This document shows positions 47,994 through 62,900 of a stretch of 64,000 nt of DNA, in pieces; positions within the stretch are counted from its first letter, which is position 1; the number at the start of each line of letters is the position of its first letter. The notes under the pieces are model-generated. The model had not been told where the DNA came from. It saw only the letters and a program-made list of their open reading frames with translations, and searched no databases. The DNA comes from Eledone cirrhosa (Eukaryota). The stretch spans positions 248,001 to 312,000 of the forward strand of contig CAXHJY010001477.1 of NCBI GenBank assembly GCA_964016885.1. Reading direction: 5' to 3'. The translations under genes and the position numbers were made by a program.

Positions 47994-50900
47994 ATGGATG
48001 AACTGGGGGATAAACTAGGTATAAGAGGAATCAGATGTAGTGTGTAGGAGAGGAGACTGTGATGGTATAGACATGTGATGTGTATGGATGGACTGAGAGA
48101 GAAACTAGGTATAAGAGGAATCAGATGTAGTGTGTAGGAGAGGAGACTGTGTTGGTATAGACATGTGATGTGTATGGATGGAGAGAGAAACTAGGTATAA
48201 GAGGAATCAGATGTAGTGTGTAGGAGAGGAGACTGTGTTGGTATAGACATGTGATGTGTATGGATGAACTGGGAGAGAAACTAGGTATAAGAGGAATCAG
48301 GTGTAGGAGAGGAGACTGTGTTGGTATAGACATGTGATGTGTATTGATGGAGAGAGAAACTTGGTATAAGAGGAATGAGATGTAGAGTGTAGGAGAGAAG
48401 ACTGTGTTGGTATAGACATGTGATGTGTATGGATGGAGAGAGAGAGAAACTAGGTATAAGAGGAATCAGATGTAGAGTGTAGGAGAGAAGACTGTGTTGG
48501 TATAGACATGTGATGTGCATGGATGAACTGAGAGAGAAACTAGGTATAAGAGGAATCAGATGTAGTGTGTAGGAGACGAGACTGTGTTGGTATAGACATG
48601 TGATGTGTATGGATGGAGAGACAAACTAGATATAAGAGGAATCAGATGTAGTGTGTAGGAGAGGAGACTGTTGGTATAGACATGTGATCTGTATGGATGA
48701 ACTGAGAGAGAAACTAGGTATAAGAGGAATCAGATGTAGAGTGTAGGAGAGGAGACTGTGTTGGTATAGACATGTGATGTGTATGGATGGACTGAGAGAG
48801 AAACTAGGTATAAGAGGAATCAGATGTAGTGTGTAGGAGACGAGACTGTGTTGGTATAGACATGTGATGTGTATGGATGGAGAGAGAAACTAGGTATAAG
48901 AGGAATCAGATATAGTGTGTAGGAGACGAGACTCTGTTGGTATAGACGTGTGATGTGTATGGATGGAGAGAGAAACTAGGTATAAGAGGAATCAGATATA
49001 GTGTGTAGGAGACGAGACTCTGTTGGTATAGACATGTGATGTGTATGGATGGAGAGAGAAACAAGGTATAAGAGGAATCAGATGTAGGAGAGGAGACTGT
49101 GTTGGTATAGACATTCTATGTGTATGGATGAACTGAGAGAGAAACTAGGTATAAGAGGAATCAGATGTAGAGTGTAGGAGAGGAGACTGTGTTGGTATAG
49201 ACATGTGATGTGTATGGATGGAGAGAGAAACTAGGTATAAGAGGAATAAGATGTAGTGTGTAGGAGAGAAAACTGTGTTGGTATAGACATGTGATGTGTA
49301 TGGATAGAGAGAGAGAGAAACTAGGTATGAGAAGAATCAGATGTAGAGTGTAGGAGAGGAGACTGTGTTGGTATAGACATGTGACGTGTATGGATGGAGA
49401 TGGAAACTAGGTATAAGAGGAATCAGATGTAGTGTGTAGGAGAGAAGACTGTTGGTATAGACATGTGATGTGTATGGATGAACTGGGAAAGAAACTAGGT
49501 ATAAGAGGAATCAGATGTAGTGTGTAGGAGAGGAGACTGTGTTGGTATAGACATGTGATGTGTATGGATGGAGAGAGAAACTAGGTATAAGAGGAATCAG
49601 ATGGAGTGTGTAGGAGAGGAGACTGTGTTGGTATAGACGTGTGATGTGTATGGATGGACAGAGAGAAACTAGGTATAAGAGGAATCAGATGTAGTGTGTA
49701 GGAGAGGAGACTGTATTGGTATAGACATGTGATGTGTATGGATGGAGAGAGAAACTAGGTATCAGAGGAATCAGATGTAGTGTGTAGGAGAGGAGACTGT
49801 ATTGGTATAGACATGTGATGTGTATGGATGGAGAGAGAAACTAGGTATAAGAGGAATCAGATGTAGTGCGTAGAAGACGAGACTGTGTTGGTATAGACAT
49901 GTGATGTGTATGGATGGAGATGGAAACTAGGTATAAGAGGAATCAGATGTAGTGCGTAGGAGACGAGACTCTGTTGGTAGAGAAATGCGATGTGTATGGA
50001 TGGAGAGAGAAACTAGGTATAAGAGGAATCAGATGTAGTGTGTAGGAGAGGAGACTGTGTTGGTATAGACATGTGATGTGTATGGATGAACTGGGAGAGA
50101 AACTATGTATAAGAAGAATCAGATGTAGTGTGTAGGAGAGGAGACTGTGTTGGTATAGACATGTGATGTGTATGGATGGACAGAGAGAAACTAGGTATAA
50201 GAGGAATCAGATGTAGTGTGTAGGAGAGGAGACTGTGTTGGTATAGACATGTGATGTGTATGGATGGACAGAGAGAAACTAGGTATAAGAGGAATCAGAT
50301 GTAGTGTGTAGGAGAGGAGACTGTGTTGGTATAGACATGTGATGTGTATTGATGGACTTACAGAGAAACTAGGTATAAGAGGAATCAGATGTAGCGTGTA
50401 GGAGAGGAGACAGTGTTGGTATAGACATGTGATGTGTATGGATGGAGAGAGTAAGTAGGTATAAGAGGAATCAGATGTAGTGTGTAGGAGAGGAGACTGT
50501 GTTGGTATAGACATATGATGTGTATGGATAGAGAGAGAGAGAAACTAGGTATGAGAAGAATCAGATGTAGAGTGTAGGAGAGGAGACTGTGTTGGTATAG
50601 ACATGTGACGTGTATGGGTGGAGATGGAAACTAGGTATAAGAGGAATCAGATGTAGTGTGTAGGAGAGAAGACTGTTGGTATAGACATGTGATGTGTATG
50701 GATGGACTGAGAGAGAAACTAGGTATAAGAGGAATCAGATGTAGGAGAGGAGACTGTGTTGGTATAGACATTCTATGTGTATGGATGAACTGAGAGAGAA
50801 ACTAGGTATAAGAGGAATCAGATGTAGAGTGTAGGAGAGGAGACTGTGTTGGTATAGACATGTGATGTGTATGGATGGAGAGAGAAACTAGGTATAAGAG

Positions 50901-53900
50901 GAATCAGATGTAGTGTGTAGGAGAGGAGACTGTGTTGGTATAGACACGTGAGGTGTATGGATGGACTGAGAGAGAAACTAGGTATGAGAGGAATCAGATG
51001 TAGTGTGTAGGAGAGGAGACTGTGTTGGTATAGACATGTGATGTGTATGGATGGACAGAGAGAAACTAGGTATAAGAGGAATCAGATGTAATGTGTAGGA
51101 GAGGAGACTGTGTTGGTATAGACATGTGATGTGTATGGATGGACAGAGAGAAACTAGGTATAAGAGGAATCAGATGTACTGTGGAGAAGAGTAGACTGTG
51201 TTGGTATAGACATGTGATGTGTATGGATGAACTGAGAGAGAAACTAGGTATAAGAGGAATCAGATGTAGTGTGGAGAAGAGTAGAATGTGTTGGTATATA
51301 ACATGTGATGTGTAAGGATGGAGAGAGAAACTAAGTATCAGAGGAATCAGATGTAGTGTGTAGGAGAAGAGACTGTATTGGTATAGACATGTGATGTGTA
51401 TGGATGAACTGGGAGAGAAACTCGGTATAAGAGGAATCAGATGTAGTGCGTAGGAGACGAGACAGTGTTGGTATAGTCATGTGATGTGTATGGATGGAGA
51501 GAGAAACTAGGTATAAGAGGAATCAGATATAGTGTGTAGGAGAGGAGACTGTGTTGGTATAGACATGTGTTACGTATGGATGGACTTACAGAGAAACTAG
51601 GTATAAGAGGAATCAGATGTAGCGTGTAGGAGAGGAGACTGTGTTGGTATAGACATGTGATGTGTATGGATGGAGAGAGAAACAAGGTATAAGAGGAATC
51701 AGATGTAGGAGAGGAGACTGTGTTGGTATAGACATTCTATGTGTATGGATGAACTGAGAGAGAAACTAGGTATAAGAGGAATCAGATGTAGAGTGTAGGA
51801 GAGGAGACTGTGTTGGTATAGACATGTGATGTGTATGGATGGAGAAAGAAACTAGGTATAAGAGGAATCAGATGTAGTGTGTAGGAGAGGAAACTGTGTT
51901 GGTATAGACATGTGATGTGTATGGATAGAGAGAGAGAGAAACTAGGTATGAGAAGAATCAGATGTAGAGTGTAGGAGAGGAGACTGTGTTGGTATAGACA
52001 TGTGATGTGTATGGATGAACGGAGAGAGAAACTAGGTATAAGAGGAATCAGATGTAGTGTGTAGGAGAGGAGACTGTGTTGGTATAGACATGTGATGTGT
52101 ATGGATGAACTGAGAGAGAAACTAGGTATACGAGGAATCAGATGTAGTGTGTAGGAGAGGAGAATGTGTTGGTATAGACATGTGATGTGCATGGATGGAG
52201 AGAGAAACTAGGTATAAGAGGAATCAGATGTAGTGTATAGGAGAGGAGACTGTGTTGGTATAGACATGTGATGTGTATGGATGGACAGAGAGAGAAACTA
52301 GGTATAAGAGGAATCAGATGTAGTGTGTAGGAGAGGAGACTCTGTCGGTATAGACACGTGATGTGTATGGATGAACTGGGAGAGAAACTAGGTATAAGAG
52401 GAATCAGATGTAGTGTGTAGGAGAGTAGACTGTGTTGGTATAGACATGTGATGTGTATGGAGGACAGAGAGAAACTAGGTATAAGAGGAATCAGATGTAG
52501 TGTGTATTAGAGGAGTCTGTGTTGATATATACATGTGGTGTGTATGGATGGAGAGAGAAACTAGGTATAAGAGGAATCAGATGTAGTGTGTATGAGAGGA
52601 GACTGTATTGGTATAGACATGTGATGTGTATGGACGGACTGAGAGAGAAACTAGGTATAAGAGGAATCAGATGTAGTGTGTAGGAGAGGAGACTGTATTG
52701 GTATAGACATGTGACGTGTATGGATGGAGAGAGAAACTAGGTATAAGAGGAATCAGATGTAGGGTGTAGGAGAGGAAACTGTATTGGTATAGACATGTGA
52801 TGTGTATGGATGGAGAGAGAAACTAGGTATAAGAGGAATCAGATGTAGTGTGTAGGAGAGGAGACTGTGTTGGTATAGACATGTGATGTGTATGGATGGG
52901 GAGAGAAACTAGGTATAAGAGGAATAAGATGTAGTGTGTAGGAGAGGAGATTGTGTTGGTATAGACACGTGATGTGTATGGATGAACTGAGAGAGAAACT
53001 AGGTATAAGAGGAATAAGATGTAGTGTGTAGGAGAGGAAACTGTATTGGTATAGACATATGATGTGTATGGATGGACTGAGGAGAAACTAGGTATCAGAA
53101 GAATCAGATGTAGTGTGTAGGAGAGGAGACTGTGTTGGTATAGACATGTGATGTGTATGGATGAACTGGGAGAGAAACTAGGTATAAGAGGAATCAGATG
53201 TAGTGTGTATGAGAGGAGACTGTGTTGGTATAGATTGTGATGTGTATGGATGAACGGAGAGAGAAACTAGGTATAAGAGGAATCAGATGTAGTGTGTAGG
53301 AGAGGAGACTGTGTTGGTATAGACATGTGATGTGTATGGATGAACTGAGAGAGAAACTAAGTATACGAGGAATCAGATGTAGTGTGTAGGAGAGGAGAAT
53401 GTGTTGGTATAGACATGTGATGTGCATGGATGGAGAGAGAAACTAGGTATAAGAGGAATCAGATGTAGAGTGTAGGAGAGGAGACTGTGTTGATATAGAC
53501 ACGTGATGTGTATGGATGGACTGAGAGAGAAACTAGGTATAAGAGGAATCAGATGTAGTGTGTAGGAGAGGAGACTGTATTGGTATAGACATGTGACGTG
53601 TATAGATGGAGAGAGAAACTAGGTATAAGAGGAATCAGATGTAGGGTGTAGGAGAGGAGATTGTGTTAGTATAGACATGTGATGTGTATGGATGGAGAGA
53701 GAAACTAGGTATAAGAGGAATCAGATGTAGTGTGTAGGAGAGGAGACTGTGTTGGTATAGACATGTGATGTGTATGGATGGACAGAGAGAGAAACTAGGT
53801 ATAAGAGGAATCAGATGTAGTGTGTAGGAGAGGAGACTCTGTCGGTATAGACACGTGATGTGTATGGATGAACTGGGAGAGAAACTAGGTATAAGAGGAA

Positions 53901-56900
53901 TCAGATGTAGTGTGTAGGAGAGTAGACTGTGTTGGTATAGACATGTGATGTGTATGGAGGACAGAGAGAAACTAGGTATAAGAGGAATAAGATGTAGTGT
54001 GTAGGAGAGGAGATTGTGTTGGTATAGACACGTGATGTGTATGGATGAACTGAGAGAGAAACTAGGTATAAGAGGAATCAGATGTAGTGTGTAGGAGAGG
54101 AAACTGTATTGGTATAGACATGTGATGTGTATGGATGGACTGAGGAGAAACTAGGTATAAGAGGAATCAGATGTATTGTGTAGGAGAGGAGACTGTGTTG
54201 GTATAGACATGTGATGTGTATGGATGGACAGAGAGAAACTAGGTATAAGAGGAATCAGATGTAGTGTGGAGAAGAGTAGACTGTGTTGGTATAGACATGT
54301 GATGTGTAAGGATGGAGAGAGAAACTAAGTATGAGAGGAATCAGATGTAGTGTGTAGGAGAGGAGACTGTATTGGTATAGACATGTGATGTGTATGGATG
54401 AACTGGGAGAGAAACTCGGTATAAGAGGAATCAGATGTAGTGCGTAGGAGACGAGACTGTGTTGGTATAGACATGTGATGTGTATGGATGGAGAGAGAAA
54501 CTAGGTATAAGAGGAATCAGATATAGTGTGTAGGAGAGGAGACTGTGTTGGTATAGACATGTGTTACGTATGGATGGACTTACAGAGAAACTAGGTATAA
54601 GAGGAATCAGATGTAGCGTGTAGGAGAGGAGACTGTGTTGGTATAGACATGTGATGTGTATGGATGGAGAGAGAAACAAGGTATAAGAGGAATCAGATGT
54701 AGGAGAGGAGACTGTGTTGGTATAGACATGTGATGTGTATGGATGAACTGAGAGAGAAACTAGGTATAAGAGGAATCAGATGTAGTGTGTATGAGAGGAG
54801 ACTGTGTTGGTATAGATTGTGATGTGTATGGATAGAGAGAGAGAGAAACTAGGTATGAGAAGAATCAGATGTAGAGTGTAGGAGAGGAGACTGTGTTGGT
54901 ATAGACAGGTGACGTGTATGGATGGAGATGGAAACTAGGTATAAGAGGAATCAGATGTAGTGCGTAGGAGACGAGACTCTGCTGGTATAGAAATGCGATG
55001 TGTATGGATGGAGAGAGAAACTAGGTATAAGAGGAATCAGATGTAGTGTGTAGGAGAGGAGACTGTGTTGGAATAGACATGTGATGTGTATGGATGAACT
55101 GGGAGAGAAACTATGTATAAGAAGAATCAGATGTAGTGTGTAGGAGAGGAGACTGTGTTGGTATAGACATGTGATGTGTATGGATGAACGGAGAGAGAAA
55201 CTAGGTATAAGAGGAATCAGATGTAGTGTGTAGGAGAGGAGACTGTGTTGGTATAGACATGTGATGTGTATGGATGAACTGAGAGAGAAACTAGGTATAA
55301 GAGGAATCAGATGTAGTGTGTAGGAGAGGAGACTCTGTCGGTATAGACACGTGATGTGTATGGATGGACAGAGAGAGAAACTAGGTATAAGAGGAATCAG
55401 ATGTAGTGTGTAGGAGAGGAGACTCTGTCGGTATAGACACGTGATGTGTATGGATGAACTGGGAGAGAAACTAGGTATAAGAGGAATCAGATGTAGTGTG
55501 TAGGAGAGTAGACTGTGTTGGTATAGACATGTGATGTGTATGGAGGACAGAGAGAAACTAGGTATAAGAGGAATGAGATGTAGTGTGTATTAGAGGAGTC
55601 TGTGTTGATATATACATGTGGTGTGTATGGATGGAGAGAGAAACTAGGTATAAGAGGAATCAGATGTAGTGTGTATGAGAGGAGACTGTATTGGTATAGA
55701 CATGTGATGTGTATGGACGGACTGAGAGAGAAACTAGGTATAAGAGGAATCAGATGTAGTGTGTAGGAGAGGAGACTGTATTGGTATAGACATGTGACGT
55801 GTATGGATGGAGAGAGAAACTAGGTATCAGAGGAATCAGATGTAGGGTGTAGGAGAGGAGATTGTGTTGGTATAGACATGTGATGTGTATGGATGGAGAG
55901 AGAAACTAGGTATAAGAGGAATCAGATGTAGTGTGTAGGAGAGGAGACTGTGTTGGTATAGACATGTGATGTGTATGGATGGGGAGAGAAACTAGGTATA
56001 AGAGGAATAAGATGTAGTGTGTAGGAGAGGAGATTGTGTTGGCATAGACACGTGATGTGTATGGATGAACTGAGAGAGAAACTAGGTATAAGAGGAATCA
56101 GATGTAGTGTGTAGGAGAGGAAACTGTATTGGTATAGACATGTGATGTGTATGGATGGACTGAGGAGAAACTAGGTATCAGAAGAATCAGATGTAGTGTG
56201 TAGGAGAGGAGACTGTGTTGGTATAGACATGTGATGTGTATGGATGAACTGGGAGAGAAACTAGGTATAAGAGGAATCAGATGTAGTGTGTATGAGAGGA
56301 GACTGTGTTGGTATAGATTGTGATGTGTATGGATGAACGGAGAGAGAAACTAGGTATAAGAGGAATCAGATGTAGTGTGTAGGAGAGGAGACTGTGTTGG
56401 TATAGACATGTGATGTGTATGGATGAACTGAGAGAGAAACTAAGTATACGAGGAATCAGATGTAGTGTGTAGGAGAGGAGAATGTGTTGGTATAGACATG
56501 TGATGTGCATGGATGGAGAGAGAAACTAGGTATAAGAGGAATCAGATGTAGAGTGTAGGAGAGGAGACTGTGTTGATATAGACACGTGATGTGTATGGAC
56601 GGACTGAGAGAGAAACTAGGTATAAGAGGAATCAGATGTAGTGTGTAGGAGAGGAGACTGTATTGGTATAGACATGTGACGTGTATGGATGGAGAGAGAA
56701 ACTAGGTATAAGAGGAATCAGATGTAGAGTGTAGGAGAGGAGACTGTGTTGATATAGACACGTGATGTGTATGGACGGACTGAGAGAGAAACTAGGTATA
56801 AGAGGAATCAGATGTAGTGTGTAGGAGAGGAGACTGTATTGGTATAGACATGTGACGTGTATGGATGGAGAGAGAAACTAGGTATAAGAGGAATCAGATG

Positions 56901-59900
56901 TAGTGTGTAGGAGAGTAGACTGTGTTGGTATAGACATGTGATGTGTATGGAGGACAGAGAGAAACTAGGTATGAGAGGAATAAGCTGTAGTGTGTAGGAG
57001 AGGAGATTGTGTTGGTATAGACACGTGATGTGTATGGATGAACTGAGAGAGAAACTAGGTATAAGAGGAATCAGATGTAGTGTGTAGGAGAGGAAACTGT
57101 ATTGGTATAGACATGTGATGTGTATGGATGGACTGAGGAGAAACTAGGTATCAGAGGAATCAGATGTAGTGTGTAGGAGAGGAGACTGTGTTGGTATAGA
57201 CATGTGATGTGTATGGATGGACAGAGAGAAACTAGGTATAAGAGGAATCAGATGTAGTGTGTAGGAGAGGAGACTGTGTTGGTATAGACATGTGATGTGT
57301 ATGGATGGACAGAGAGAAACTAGGTATAAGAGGAATCAGATGTAGTGTGGAGAAGAGTAGACTGTGTTGGTATAGACATGTGATGTGTAAGGATGGAGAG
57401 AGAAACTAAGTATCAGAGGAATCAGATGTAGTGTGTAGGAGAGGAGACTGTATTGGTATAGACATGTGATGTGTATGGATGAACTGGGAGAGAAACTCGG
57501 TATAAGAGGAATCAGATGTAGTGCGTAGGAGACGAGACTGTGTTGGTATAGACATCTGATGTGTATGGATGGAGAGAGAAACTAGGTATAAGAGGAATCA
57601 GATATAGTGTGTAGGAGAGGAGACTGTGTTGGCATAGACATGTATTACATATGGATGGACTTACAGAGAAACTAGGTATAAGAGGAATCAGATGTAGTGT
57701 GTAGGAGAGGAGACTGTATTGGTATAGACATGTGACGTGTATGGATGGAGAGAGAAACTAGGTATAAGAGGAATCAGATGTAGGGTGTAGGAGAGGAGAT
57801 TGTGTTGGTATAGACATGTGATGTGTATGGATGGAGAGAGAAACTAGGTATAAGAGGAATCAGATGTAGTGTGTAGGAGAGGAGACTGTGTTGGTATAGA
57901 CATGTGATGTGTATGGATGGGGAGAGAAACTAGGTATAAGAGGAATAAGATGTAGTGTGTAGGAGAGGAGATTGTGTTGGTATAGACACGTGATGTGTAT
58001 GGATGAACTGAGAGAGAAACTAGGTATAAGAGGAATCAGATGTAGTGTGTAGGAGAGGAAACTGTATTGGTATAGACATGTGATGTGTATGGATGGACTG
58101 AGGAGAAACTAGGTATCAGAAGAATCAGATGTAGTGTGTAGGAGAGGAGACTGTGTTGGTATAGACATGTGATGTGTATGGATGAACTGGGAGAGAAACT
58201 AGGTATAAGAGGAATCAGATGTAGTGTGTATGAGAGGAGACTGTGTTGGTATAGATTGTGATGTGTATGGATGAACGGAGAGAGAAACTAGGTATAAGAG
58301 GAATCAGATGTAGTGTGTAAGAGAGGAGACTGTGTTGGTATAGACATGTGATGTGTATGGATGAACTGAGAGAGAAACTAGGTATAAGAGGAATCAGATG
58401 TAGTGTGTAGGAGAGGAGACTGTATTGGTATAGACATGTGACGTGTATGGATGGAGAGAGAAACTAGGTATAAGAGGAATCAGATGTAGGGTGTAGGAGA
58501 GGAGATTGTGTTGGTATAGACATGTGATGTGTATGGATGGAGAGAGAAACTAGGTATAAGAGGAATCAGATGTAGTGTGTAGGAGAGGAGACTGTGTTGG
58601 TAATGACATGTGATGTGTATGGATGGACAGAGAGAGAAACTAGGTATAAGAGGAATCAGATGTAGTGTGTAGGAGAGGAGACTCTGTCGGTATATACACG
58701 TGATGTGTATGGATGAACTGGGAGAGAAACTAGGTATAAGAGGAATGAGATGTAGTGTGTAGGAGAGTAGACTGTGTTGGTATAGACATGTGATGTGTAT
58801 GGAGGACAGAGAGAAACTAGGTATAAGAGGAATAAGATGTAGTGTGTAGGAGAGGAGATTGTGTTGGTATAGACACGTGATGTGTATGGATGAACTGAGA
58901 GAGAAATAGGTATAAGAGGAATCAGATGTAGTGTGTAGGAGAGGAAACTGTATTGTTATAGACATGTGATGTGTATGGATGGACTGAGGAGAAACTAGGT
59001 ATCAGAGGAATCAGATGTAGTGTGTAGGAGAGGAGACTGTGTTGGTATAGACATGTGATGTGTATGGATGAACTGGGAGAGAAACTAGGTATAAGAGGAA
59101 TCAGATGTAGTGTGTATGAGAGGAGACTGTGTTGGTATAGATTGTGATGTGTATGGATAGAGAGAGAGAGAAACTAGGTATAAGAGGAATCAGATGTAGT
59201 GTGTATGAGAGGAGACTGTGTTGGTATAGACATGTGATGTGTATGGATGGGGAGAGAAACTAGGTGTAAGAGGAATCAGATGTAGTGTGTAGGAGAGGAG
59301 ACTGTGTTGGTATAGACATGTGATGTGTATGGATGAACTGGGAGAGAAACTAGGTATAAGAGGAATCAGATGTAGTGTGTAGGAGAGGAGATTGTGTTGG
59401 TATAGACGTGTGATGTGTATGGATGAACAGAGAGAAACTAGGTATGAGAGGAATCAGATGTAGTGTGTAGAAGAGGAGACGGTGTTGGTATAGACATGTG
59501 ATGTGTATGGATGGAGAGAGAAACTAGGTATAAGAGGAATCAGATGTAGTGTGTAGGAGAGGAGACTGTGTTGGTATAGACGTGTGATGTGTATGGATGG
59601 ACAGAGAGAAACTAGGTATAAGAGGAATCAGATGTAGTGTGTAGGAGAGGAGACTGTATTGGTATAGACATGTGATGTGTATGGATGGAGAGAGAAACTA
59701 GGTATCAGAGGAATCAGATGTAGTGTGTAGGAGAGGAGACTGTATTGGTATAGACATGTGATGTGTATGGATGGAGAGAGAAACTAGGTATAAGAGGAAT
59801 CAGATGTAGTGCGTAGGAGACGAGACTGTGTTGGTATAGACATGTGATGTGTATGGATGGAGAGAGAAACTAGGTATAAGAGGAATCAGATATAGTGTGT

Positions 59901-62900
59901 AGGACAGGAGACTGTGTTGGTATAGACATGTGTTACGTATTAATGGACTTACAGAGAAACTAGGTATAAGAGGAATCAGATGTAGCGTGTAGGAGAGGAG
60001 ACTGTGTTGGTATAGACATGTGATGTGTATGGATGGAGAGAGAAACAAGGTATAAGAGGAATCAGATGTAGGAGAGGAGACTGTGTTGGTATAGACATTC
60101 TATGTGTATGGATGAACTGAGAGAGAAACTAGGTATAAGAGGAATCAGATGTAGAGTGTAGGAGAGGAGACTGTGTTGGTATAGACATGTGATGTGTATG
60201 GATGGAGAGAGAAACTAGGTATACGAGGAATCAGATGTAGTGTGTAGGAGAGGAGAATGTGTTGGTATAGACATGTGATGTGCATGGATGGAGAGAGAAA
60301 CTAGGTATAAGAGGAATCAGATGTAGAGTGTAGGAGAGGAGACTGTGTTGATATAGACACGTGATGTGTATGGACGGACTGAGAGAGAAACTAGGTATAA
60401 GAGGAATCAGATGTAGTGTGTAGGAGAGGAGACTGTATTGGTATAGACATGTGACGTGTATGGATGGAGAGAGAAACTAGGTATAAGAGGAATCAGATGT
60501 AGGGTGTAGGAGAGGAGATTGTGTTGGTATAGACATGTGATGTGTATGGATGGAGAGAGAAACTAGGTATAAGAGGAATCAGATGTAGTGTGTAGGAGAG
60601 GAGACTGTGTTGGTATAGACATGTGATGTGTATGGATGGACAGAGAGAGAAACTAGGTATAAGAGGAATCAGATGTAGTGTGTAGGAGAGGAGACTCTGT
60701 CGGTATAGACACGTGATGTGTATGGATGAACTGGGAGAGAAACTAGGTATAAGAGGAATCAGATGTAGTGTGTAGGAGAGTAGACTGTGTTGGTATAGAC
60801 ATGTGATGTGTATGGAGGACAGAGAGAAACTAGGTATAAGAGGAATAAGATGTAGTGTGTAGGAGAGGAGATTGTGTTGGTATAGACACGTGATGTGTAT
60901 GGATGAACTGAGAGAGAAACTAGGTATAAGAGGAATCAGATGTAGTGTGTAGGAGAGGAAACTGTGTTGGTATAGACATGTGATGTGTATGGATGGACAG
61001 AGAGAAACTAGGTATAAGAGGAATCAGATGTAGTGTGTAGGAGAGGAGACTGTGTTGGTATAGACATGTAATGTGTATGGATGGACAGAGAGAAACTAGG
61101 TATAAGAGGAATCAGATGTAGTGTGGAGAAGAGTAGACTGTGTTGGTATAGACATGTGATGTGTAAGGATGGAGAGAGAAACTAAGTATCAGAGGAATCA
61201 GATGTAGTGTGTAGGAGAGGAGACTGTATTGGTATAGACATGTGATGTGTATGGATGAACTGGGAGAGAAACTCGGTATAAGAGGAATCAGATGTAGTGC
61301 GTAGGAGACGAGACTGTGTTGGTACAGACATGTGATGTGTATGGATGGAGAGAGAAACTAGGTATAAGAGGAATCAGATATAGTGTGTAGGAGAGGAGAC
61401 TGTGTTGGTATAGACATGTGTTACGTATGGATGGACTTACAGAGAAACTAGGTATAAGAGGAATCAGATGTAGTGTGTAGGAGAGGACACTGTGTTGGTA
61501 TAGACATGTGATGTGTATGGATGGAGAGAGAAACTAGGGATAAGAGGAATCAGATGTAGTGTGTAGGAGAGGAGATTGTGTTGGCATAGACATGTGATGT
61601 GTATGGATGAACTGGGAGAGAAACTAGGTATAAGAGGAATCAGATGTAGTGTGTAGGAGAGGACACTGTGTTGGTATAGACATGTGATGTGTATGGATGG
61701 AGAGAGAAACTAGGTATAAGAGGAATCAGATGTAGTGTGTAGGAGAGGACACTGTGTTGGTATAGACATGTGATGTGTATGGATGGAGAGAGAAACTAGG
61801 TATGAGAGGAATCAGTTGTAGTGTGTAGGAGAGGAGACTGTGTTGGTATAGACATGTGATGTGTATGGATGGAATGGAAGCGAAACTAGGTATAAGAGGA
61901 ATCAGATGTAGTGTGTAGGAGATGAGACTGTGTTGGTATAGACATGTGATGCGTATGGATGGAGGAGAGAGAAACTAGGTATAAGAGGAATCAGATGAAG
62001 TGTGTAGGAGAGGAGATTGTGTTGGTATAGTCATGTGATGTGTATGGATGGACTGAGAGAGAAACTAGGTATAAGAGGAATCAGATGTAGTGTGTAGGAG
62101 ATGAGACTGTGTTGGTATAGACATGTGATGCGTATGGATGGAGGAGAGAGAAACTAGGTATAAGAGGAATCAGATGTAGTGTGTATTAGAGGAGACTGTG
62201 TTGGTATAGACATGTGATGTGTATGGATGGACTGAGAGAGAAACTAGGTATAAGAGGAATCAGATGTAGTTTGTAGGAGATGAGACTGTGTTGGTATAGA
62301 CATGTGATGCGTATGGATGGAGGAGAGAGAAACTAGGTATAAGAGGAATCAGATGTAGTGTGTAGGAGATGAGACTGTGTTGGTATAGACATGTGATGCG
62401 TATGGATGGAGGAGAGAGAAACTAGGTATAAGAGGAATCAGATGAAGTGTGTAGGAGAGGAGATTGTGTTGGTATAGTCATGTGATGTGTATGGATGGAG
62501 AGAGAAACTAGGTATAAGAGGAATCAGATGTAGTGTGTATGAGAGGAGACTGTGTTGGTATAGACATGTAATGTGTATGGATGAACTGAGAGAGAGACTA
62601 GGTATAAGAGGAATCAGATGTAGTGTGTAGGAGAGGAGACTGTGTTGGTATAAACATGTGATGTGTATGGATGGAGAGAGAGGGAAACTAGGTATGAGAG
62701 GAATCAGATGTAGTGGGTAGGAGAGGAGACCGTGTTGGTATAGACATGTGATGTGTATGGATGAATTGGGAGAGAAACTAGGTATGAGAGGAATCAGATG
62801 TAGTGTGTAGGAGAGGAGACTGTGTTGGTATAGACATGTGATGTGTATGGATGGACTGAGAGAGAAACTAGGTATAAGAGGAATCAGATGAAGTGTGTAG

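Noticed and set aside
48121-60048. Minus-strand SIHITCLYQHSLLSYTLHLIPLIPS ORFs
   Set aside because: Antisense readings of the RTE-derived satellite with frequent 86/88-bp frameshifting units.
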